Shown in pieces: positions 58,483-64,000 of a stretch of DNA of 64,000 nucleotides (positions are counted from its first letter, which is position 1; the number at the start of each line of letters is the position of its first letter). The notes beneath the pieces are model-generated. The model was not told the DNA's origin and did no database searches. It was given only the letters and a program-made list of their open reading frames with translations. This DNA is from Motiliproteus sp. (GTDB lineage: Bacteria > Pseudomonadota > Gammaproteobacteria > Pseudomonadales > Balneatricaceae), in the NCBI RefSeq assembly GCF_965230735.1, contig NZ_OZ246016.1, forward strand, positions 765,194 through 829,193, written 5' to 3'. The translations under genes and the position numbers were made by a program.

Positions 58483-59289
58483 ATGAGATTTATTAAAGCA
58501 AATCTACCATTTTTGCTAGCTTGTATTGCTACGCTTACAGCTTTTATATGGTTAGTAGCATCCCCTGATTTCGAACCAATAGTTACAACAGTAGTGGGCT
58601 TAATTACATGCATTAGCTTAAGACCTAAAGATTGGATGATCATCAGAAAAAGGAATCAATCAGAACTACCAGATTTCGAGTTCAATCGAATTAGCGTAAC
58701 AAAAAATACAAGAAGAGATAATATATACACAGAAGAAAATGGCTTGAAGCGTTTTAATTTTGATCATGCTTTAAGCGATAGAGATAAGTCCATAGAGTTC
58801 TCTGCTAAACCCGGAAAATACAAGTATAGCGAATGGAGCAAGGTGCCTATTCGTGTAGTTATTCTGTCGCAATCAAATACGTGGGGAGAAAACAAACACT
58901 ATGTATATGCGATAGTCCCAGATAAGAGTCCGGTTTGTTTTTATCAGTTCGAAGCTGTGTGCTGCGAAATATGCGCAGATGATGTTGATGGTGATGGGAA
59001 TTTAGAGGTTGTAATAGGCTACAAGTGCGGTGCTCATACTGAGGGATTAAGGGTTTTTCGTTTGGATGATCATTTTGACCTGATTTCAGTCCCTGGCTCT
59101 GACATAGGCAGTGACTTCCCATTAATTACTTGGGGGAGAGCGGATGGCGTTGACTATTCCGTTAACTCTTACAGCAGAAACTGGGGTGAGAATAGAGAGG
59201 AGTGGCATACACAAATTGAAGTATACAGGTATAGAGATGGAAAGTTTGATCTCTACAAGTCTGAGAAAGTGCAGTGGCAACCCGCATAA
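58483..59289 (+). CDS. Cassette 2: hypothetical protein with N-terminal 2TM and an FG-GAP-like DVDGDGNLE motif
   Basis: ATG 58483 after AAAGGA; hydrophobic N-terminus; DDVDGDGNLEVVIGY; stop lies in the attC2 R'' box. Confidence 0.75.
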   Translation: MRFIKANLPFLLACIATLTAFIWLVASPDFEPIVTTVVGLITCISLRPKDWMIIRKRNQSELPDFEFNRISVTKNTRRDNIYTEENGLKRFNFDHALSDRDKSIEFSAKPGKYKYSEWSKVPIRVVILSQSNTWGENKHYVYAIVPDKSPVCFYQFEAVCCEICADDVDGDGNLEVVIGYKCGAHTEGLRVFRLDDHFDLISVPGSDIGSDFPLITWGRADGVDYSVNSYSRNWGENREEWHTQIEVYRYRDGKFDLYKSEKVQWQPA

Positions 59290-59358
59290 CAAATCAAAGC
59301 AGCACTGCTACTTCTTGGCTGGACGCGCTAACGCGCGCCGCTGTTTGAGGTGTTAAGT
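59284..59358 (+). repeat. attC site 2 (75 bp)
   Basis: GCATAAC-AAATC-AAAGCAGC...GCTGTTT-GAGGT-GTTAAGT; extrahelical G; inner CGCGCTAACGCGCG hairpin. Confidence 0.9.
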
Positions 59359-59372
59359 GAAAAGGAAGCTCT

Positions 59373-60338
59373 GTGAAAATATGGTATTTCGAAACATCTG
59401 CTGTTAATTATCTTATGGATATCATGTCTGCACATGATGCTGTTGAAACAAAGAAAATACAGCTTCTGAAAGGAAGAGATTGGTGCATATCGCCAGTAAC
59501 TCTGCTTGAAATACTGCAAACATCAGACCCAGAAAGACGAAGGGAGATTGTTGAGTTCGCACAATGCTTATTTAGTAGTGAGCTTCTAGCCTCTCCAGAA
59601 GAAACAATTATTCACTATATAAATCAGGGCTTTCCATCTGAAGAGAAAAGGGTAAGACTTTCCTCGCAAAGCCTATTAGCTGATGTTTGGCGTGATACAT
59701 CCACAAATTATAAAGAAATAAATGTAGATGTTGAACAACTGAAAAACAGGAATAAAATTTTAAAGTCTTTCACGAAGATGATTCATCAGGTTATTAATGG
59801 AAAAGATAATATAATTATTCCAACATCAGAGAATGAGTCGTTTAATTATTCTTTAGAGGCGTGGTTAAATAGCTTAGAGTTCATTAAAAACGACTCTCCA
59901 TATACGCAAGAGCTAAGAACCATATTTAAATTATCGATTGTCTATCTAATTTTATTAATATGCTGTCATGTCGGCCCAGGCCAAGAGATAACTAATAGGT
60001 TATGGGAAAAAATAGGTATTGATAAAACAAAATGCAGAATTAATTATGCGCTCAGCAACTGGGAGCCATTAATATATAAAGGCCCTCTATCTACCTTAGC
60101 AAAAATGGCTTATAGCCAATCATTGGTCAGATTTTCAAGGGGTGTTTATAACGATAGCCTACATGCAATGTACCTTAATTACACGGATCTCATTTTTTCT
60201 GATGATGGCCACTTCAAAGATCTTCAAAACGCCCTTGCTGGAACTCCCTACTTCAGTAGAGTTCAGATCATGTCTGAAATTCCATTTAAAAAGGAGTCTC
60301 ATAGAGGTGAATTTAAATCTAACATGGTAATCACTTAA
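59373..60338 (+). CDS. Cassette 3: PIN-like domain protein (putative RNase)
   Basis: YFETSAVNYL, CISPVTLLEIL, and C-terminal YNDSLHAMY..LIFSDDGHF match the PIN acidic tetrad, split by a long insert. Confidence 0.65.
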   Translation: MKIWYFETSAVNYLMDIMSAHDAVETKKIQLLKGRDWCISPVTLLEILQTSDPERRREIVEFAQCLFSSELLASPEETIIHYINQGFPSEEKRVRLSSQSLLADVWRDTSTNYKEINVDVEQLKNRNKILKSFTKMIHQVINGKDNIIIPTSENESFNYSLEAWLNSLEFIKNDSPYTQELRTIFKLSIVYLILLICCHVGPGQEITNRLWEKIGIDKTKCRINYALSNWEPLIYKGPLSTLAKMAYSQSLVRFSRGVYNDSLHAMYLNYTDLIFSDDGHFKDLQNALAGTPYFSRVQIMSEIPFKKESHRGEFKSNMVIT

Positions 60339-60396
60339 CTACACGCCTTTCAGGCACCTGACGCAGCAAAGCTGGCCGGTTATTAAGGCGTTATAT
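60333..60396 (+). repeat. attC site 3 (64 bp, partly degenerate)
   Basis: ACTTAAC...GCACC..GCAGC-AAA-GCTG..CCGGTTATTAAGGC-GTTATAT; L''/L' pairing imperfect. Confidence 0.7.
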
Positions 60397-60549
60397 CAGA
60401 AACTAAAAGCCCACTTGTGGGTTAAATCCACTCCACCGACAAACAGCCAGTCCTTGCTATACAAGGCCTTCAACTATACTCCCTGCTGTTCTAAGCAACT
60501 CGGTCCAGACCGTTAATGTGGGGCGGTGGATTTGAAATAGGGGCAGTGG

Positions 60550-61266
60550 ATGATACAGAGAAACCACCCGAAGCGTTCTATCATCGCCCTGGTGTTGCTG
60601 CTACTAGCCCCCATCTATTTGGCACTGCCCGTCTCCGCCGCTCAGTATCGTTGCGATAACATCCCGGAAGTTTCCCTCTCTGCGCCCAACGACAACATGC
60701 TCGACTATGTTTGCACGGCCGCGGCCAGGACGTTCGAATTTCTAGGCCGCTATCAGATGGGACCTCAAAGGCCGATCCAGGTTGAGATCATTGAGCATCA
60801 GATTAACTCGGGCGGCTACAAGGCCTTTGGCAGTTATGACCGCCAAAGCGAGCGCGTCCGAATTATGTCGCTACCTGCCGTATTGAACAGCAGCCAATCA
60901 CCGCAGATGTACAAGATGCCGTTTGATCAGGAGCATTATATCGGTGCCCTTGCTCATGAGCTGGCCCATGCGGTGTTTCACCAGAATGCCGTCGACGTCG
61001 AGGAGAAGTGGAACAATACCGCCCACGAATATATCGCCCATGCCACCCAGCTCGGTGTGTTAGCGGCGCCGAAGCGTGAGCAGATTATTTTGTCTGAAGA
61101 GACGGGCCCTTGGGAGTCAGGGGATGAGATCAGCGTGACTTACATGGCCTTCAATCCCACCGGCTTCGCGGTGAAGTCCTATCTGCATCTGACTCAATTG
61201 AGCAATCCGCAGCCGTTTATCAAGCTGCTGTTGAATCACAAATGGCTGTATATCTCGGTGCCCTGA
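60550..61266 (+). CDS. Exported hypothetical protein with HExxH motif
   Basis: Signal peptide; ALAHELAHAVFH followed by HEYIAH; not followed by an attC. Confidence 0.7.
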   Translation: MIQRNHPKRSIIALVLLLLAPIYLALPVSAAQYRCDNIPEVSLSAPNDNMLDYVCTAAARTFEFLGRYQMGPQRPIQVEIIEHQINSGGYKAFGSYDRQSERVRIMSLPAVLNSSQSPQMYKMPFDQEHYIGALAHELAHAVFHQNAVDVEEKWNNTAHEYIAHATQLGVLAAPKREQIILSEETGPWESGDEISVTYMAFNPTGFAVKSYLHLTQLSNPQPFIKLLLNHKWLYISVP

Positions 61267-61308
61267 GGAGCTGATGCTCTGGACAATTAGCGTTGATGAG
61301 CTGTCGGC

Positions 61309-62052
61309 TCAGTTCACCTCGGCGGCAAACAGGTAGCCTTCGCCGTGGACGGTGATCAGTACTTCCGGGGCTTTCGGATCGGTTTCGATCTTGTTGCGCA
61401 GGCGCCGAACCAGTACATCGATGGTGCGATCGCTGGGGCTGTCGACCCGATGACTGATCAGGTTCAACAGTCGCTCACGACTCAGGACTCGGTTGGGGTA
61501 GGCGACAAAGGCCACCAGAATTTCGTACTCGGCCTTGGTCAGTTTGACCGGTTGATCGCCACGGCACAGCTTGCGGCGCGGGATATCGAAGCGCCAGTCG
61601 CCAAAGCGCAGGATGTCGCTGTCCTCTTCAACCTCCGGCTGTTGGGCCTCTGATTGGCGCGCCAGTGAGATCCGCCACAGCAGGTTCTTTACCCGCACCA
61701 GCAGCTCGCGCAGCTCCACCGGCTTGGTGACATAGTCGTCGGCGCCCATCTCCAATCCCACGATCCGGTCCACCGTATCGGTGCGGCCGGTGACCAGAAT
61801 AATGCCGATGTTGGACTGGCTGCGGAGCTCGCGGGTCAGTGCCAGGCCGTCTTCCCCCGGCAGGTTGATATCCAGCAGCACCAGATCGATCTCGGCCTTG
61901 GCCAGCTCCTCGCGCATCTCGACCCCGCTGCCGGCCTGGCTGACCCGGTAACCGGCGTTTTCGAAATAGCCGCTCAACTTGAGCCGGGTGATCGGATCAT
62001 CTTCGACCACCAGGACGTGGTAGGTCGGTGCCGGTTGGTAGCTTGTGCTCAT
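61309..62052 (-). CDS. torR: TMAO response regulator
   Basis: OmpR family; VVEDDPITR, DINLPGEDG, VTGRTDTVDRIVGLEMGADDYVTKP, TVHGEGY; divergent from torECA. Confidence 0.92.
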   Translation of the reverse strand: MSTSYQPAPTYHVLVVEDDPITRLKLSGYFENAGYRVSQAGSGVEMREELAKAEIDLVLLDINLPGEDGLALTRELRSQSNIGIILVTGRTDTVDRIVGLEMGADDYVTKPVELRELLVRVKNLLWRISLARQSEAQQPEVEEDSDILRFGDWRFDIPRRKLCRGDQPVKLTKAEYEILVAFVAYPNRVLSRERLLNLISHRVDSPSDRTIDVLVRRLRNKIETDPKAPEVLITVHGEGYLFAAEVN

Positions 62053-62155
62053 GTTGGTTTCACTCTGTGCGGCGGGTGACGGCAGCGGGATTTGCTCGAC
62101 CACTGTCGGCAAGGATACCCGGTTTTGCCGGGATGGCATCGTCCCAGGTCAATTT

Positions 62156-62218
62156 CTGTTAACAATTTTTCATATTTCGTTCCCGCCTGTACATAACCGC
62201 CGACAGACCCGTTCACAC
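62156..62218 (+). promoter_or_regulatory. tor boxes (TorR sites, consensus CTGTTCATAT)
   Basis: Decamers CTGTTAACAA 62156, TTTTTCATAT 62166, TCGTTCCCGC 62177, CTGTACATAA 62187, CCGTTCACAC 62209 on a 10-11 bp register. Confidence 0.65.
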
Positions 62219-62348
62219 CCTCGCTTTAGCATTAAATCCATACAGAAGTTAATGGCATGTGGTGCCGGCGACTGCCGCCCTCTCCTGCAATGGTGGTCGC
62301 CGGTTCACCCCGCTACCGATTCACGCTAAACGCCCGAGTGAGGTTGTT

Positions 62349-62519
62349 ATGAACACGAACTCTGAAACCAAAAACGAGGTTAGCGCAGTCCAGGAAACCA
62401 AGGCGTTTCTGCTGATCTCTGTGCTGGCTATCCCGCTGCTGACCGTGCTGGGTATTGCCGGTTACGGCTTTGTCGTCTGGATGATGCAACTGCTGATGGG
62501 CCCTCCGGGCCACTTTTGA
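62349..62519 (+). CDS. torE: TorE/NapE family small membrane protein
   Basis: 56 aa; ETKAFLLISVLAIPLL..GYGFVVWMMQLLMGPPGH; directly precedes torC. Confidence 0.85.
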   Translation: MNTNSETKNEVSAVQETKAFLLISVLAIPLLTVLGIAGYGFVVWMMQLLMGPPGHF

Positions 62520-62567
62520 TCGGCCTGCGCGAATCCGTCGCCTCGAAACTAATTCTGGAGTGAAATC

Positions 62568-63746
62568 ATGTCTATTCCTTCCATGTGGAAAATCATCCGC
62601 TCGCCGAGCACCCACCTGAGTCTGGGTGTGCTGACGCTGGGCGGATTTATGGCCGGTGTGGTGTTCTGGGGTGCCTTCAATACCGGGCTCGAAGCCACCA
62701 ATACCGAAGAGTTCTGTATCAGCTGTCACGAGATGGAGGCCAACGTCTATCAGGAGCTGCAAGAGACCGTGCACTGGTCCAACAACTCCGGTGTTCGGGC
62801 CACCTGTCCTGACTGTCACGTCCCTCACAACTGGACCGACAAGATCGCCCGTAAGATGCAGGCCAGCAAAGAGGTGTTCGGCAAACTGTTCGGCACTATC
62901 GATACCCGCGAGAAGTTTCTCGACAAGCGGCTCGAGCTGGCGCAGCACGAATGGCAGCGCTTCTCGGCCAACAAGTCGCTGGAATGCCGCAACTGCCACG
63001 ATTACAACAGCATGAACTTCGACAACATGTCGGAGAAAGCCCAGGTCCAGATGCGTCGCGCCGCCGAGCGTGATCAGAGCTGTCTGGACTGCCACAAAGG
63101 CATTGCCCACGAACTGCCGGACATGCTTGAAGGGGTCTCCGAAGCCTTTGCCCAGCTGGAGCAGGGTGCCGCGGTATCCGGCTTCGACACCGGTAAAACC
63201 TATTACAGCATCCGCCAGCTACCGATCTACGAAGACCCGCAATTGGCGGTCGAAGCCGGTCAGCTGAATGCGGCTACCCCGGTCAAGGTGCTGGAGATCG
63301 ACGGTGACAGCCTCAAGGTCGAGCTGAGCGGTTGGCGTCGGACCAAGGGCTTTGGTCGGGTTATCAACGAAGACTTCGGCTTCAACATCTCCTCCGGCCA
63401 CCTGTCCAAGGCCGCGGCCCAGAACGATCAACTGGTTTCCGGCTTCGAGCGAAAAGAGGACGACATGACCGGGCTGGAATGGGAGCGGATCAACGCGGTG
63501 GTCTGGATGCGGGCCGGTTCCCTGGCCGAGTCCACCGAGATGATCTGGGACTATGCCAAAGAGACTTACCAGAGCAGCTGTAGCGTCTGCCACACCCAGC
63601 CCGATGAGAACCACTTCGACGCCAACACCTGGCCGGGGATGTTCAACGGCATGCTGTCCTTCGTCAACCTCGACGGTGACAGCCAGGCGGTGATCCTGAA
63701 GTACCTGCAGAAACATTCGTCCGATTTCTCCGACGACAAGCATTGA
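62568..63746 (+). CDS. torC: Pentaheme c-type cytochrome of TMAO reductase
   Basis: N-terminal TM; five CxxCH motifs (CISCH, CPDCH, CRNCH, CLDCH, CSVCH). Confidence 0.95.
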   Translation: MSIPSMWKIIRSPSTHLSLGVLTLGGFMAGVVFWGAFNTGLEATNTEEFCISCHEMEANVYQELQETVHWSNNSGVRATCPDCHVPHNWTDKIARKMQASKEVFGKLFGTIDTREKFLDKRLELAQHEWQRFSANKSLECRNCHDYNSMNFDNMSEKAQVQMRRAAERDQSCLDCHKGIAHELPDMLEGVSEAFAQLEQGAAVSGFDTGKTYYSIRQLPIYEDPQLAVEAGQLNAATPVKVLEIDGDSLKVELSGWRRTKGFGRVINEDFGFNISSGHLSKAAAQNDQLVSGFERKEDDMTGLEWERINAVVWMRAGSLAESTEMIWDYAKETYQSSCSVCHTQPDENHFDANTWPGMFNGMLSFVNLDGDSQAVILKYLQKHSSDFSDDKH

Positions 63747-63833
63747 AACCCCGGCGCGCGGGCAGGGATAGCCGTAAGTCGCGCTCTTCAGATCACTGAA
63801 GCAGAACGAATTTGAAAATTTAAGGAGCACATT

Positions 63834-64000
63834 ATGTCCATCAACAGACGTAATTTTCTAAAAGGCATCCTGGCTTCATCGGCGGCTTCGATGGTTGGGC
63901 CCAGCCTGCTGGTTCGCAGCGCTCAGGCCGCCGAAACCGATCCGGGCATCTGGCGCATTACCGGCTCCCACTGGGGCGCCTTCCGGGCCCGGATCTACGG
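63834..64000 (+). CDS. torA: TMAO reductase catalytic subunit, N-terminus (partial)
   Basis: Manual translation MSINRRNFLKGILASSAASMVGPSLLVRSAQAA...TGSHWGAFRA; Tat signal; AAGGAG RBS. Confidence 0.9.
   Translation, partial: MSINRRNFLKGILASSAASMVGPSLLVRSAQAAETDPGIWRITGSHWGAFRARIY

Larger units (their letters stand above)
57787..60396 (+). mobile_element. Integron-type gene cassette array lacking an integrase in the window (CALIN)
   Basis: Three AT-rich ORFs, each stopping inside a RYYTAAC R'' box that exactly complements the GTT-containing R' box at the start of its own cassette: GTTAAGC/GCTTAAC, GTTATGC/GCATAAC, GTTAAGT/ACTTAAC. No tyrosine recombinase ORF nearby. Confidence 0.88.

Noticed and set aside
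58393-60396. CRISPR array or TA-type repeat interpretation of the inter-gene repeats
   Set aside because: Repeats are separated by whole genes, are not identical, and fit attC architecture; no CRISPR array or cas gene was seen anywhere in the window.
60424-60533. Inverted repeat AAATCCAC...GTGGATTT as a MITE
   Set aside because: Only 8 bp perfect, no target-site duplication and no second copy; insufficient evidence.

Overview
Chromosomal window of a GC-rich gammaproteobacterium, probably marine (inferred from the TMAO reductase and the Kdo-kinase LPS pathway). Mostly housekeeping genes: a partial phosphoketolase, serA, astA, ilvE, an LPS/lipid A core locus (kdkA, GT9, waaA, msbA, lpxL, GT2/GT4s, waaL, waaF, hldD, hldE, gmhA), tRNA-Phe, a speA/carboxy(nor)spermidine/speB polyamine operon, a PhoP/PhoQ-like unit, argE-argA, pit, glnE, an FNR-type regulator and the torS-torT-torR-torE-torC-torA locus. 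Two regions stand out. (1) An AT-rich integron-type gene cassette array with no integrase in the window (CALIN, about 57787-60396) sits where torT and torR converge. It holds three complete cassettes, each with exactly complementary R'/R'' core sites, encoding a SLATT/DUF4231-like 2TM protein, a 2TM protein with an FG-GAP-like motif and a PIN-like nuclease; these are candidate anti-phage cassettes. (2) A four-gene module in the LPS core locus (HAD phosphatase, NTP-transferase/kinase fusion, NTP-transferase, WavE) looks like a pathway for an activated ketofuranose side branch. It carries two frameshifts: a 7-bp tandem duplication and a 1-bp homopolymer loss. Also seen: two back-to-back structured intergenic elements after glnE, a phased Pho-box array, tor boxes, a PhoP-type box and a 13-bp-period repeat upstream of cytochrome c'. 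All family assignments come from motif recognition by eye; no database searches were run.
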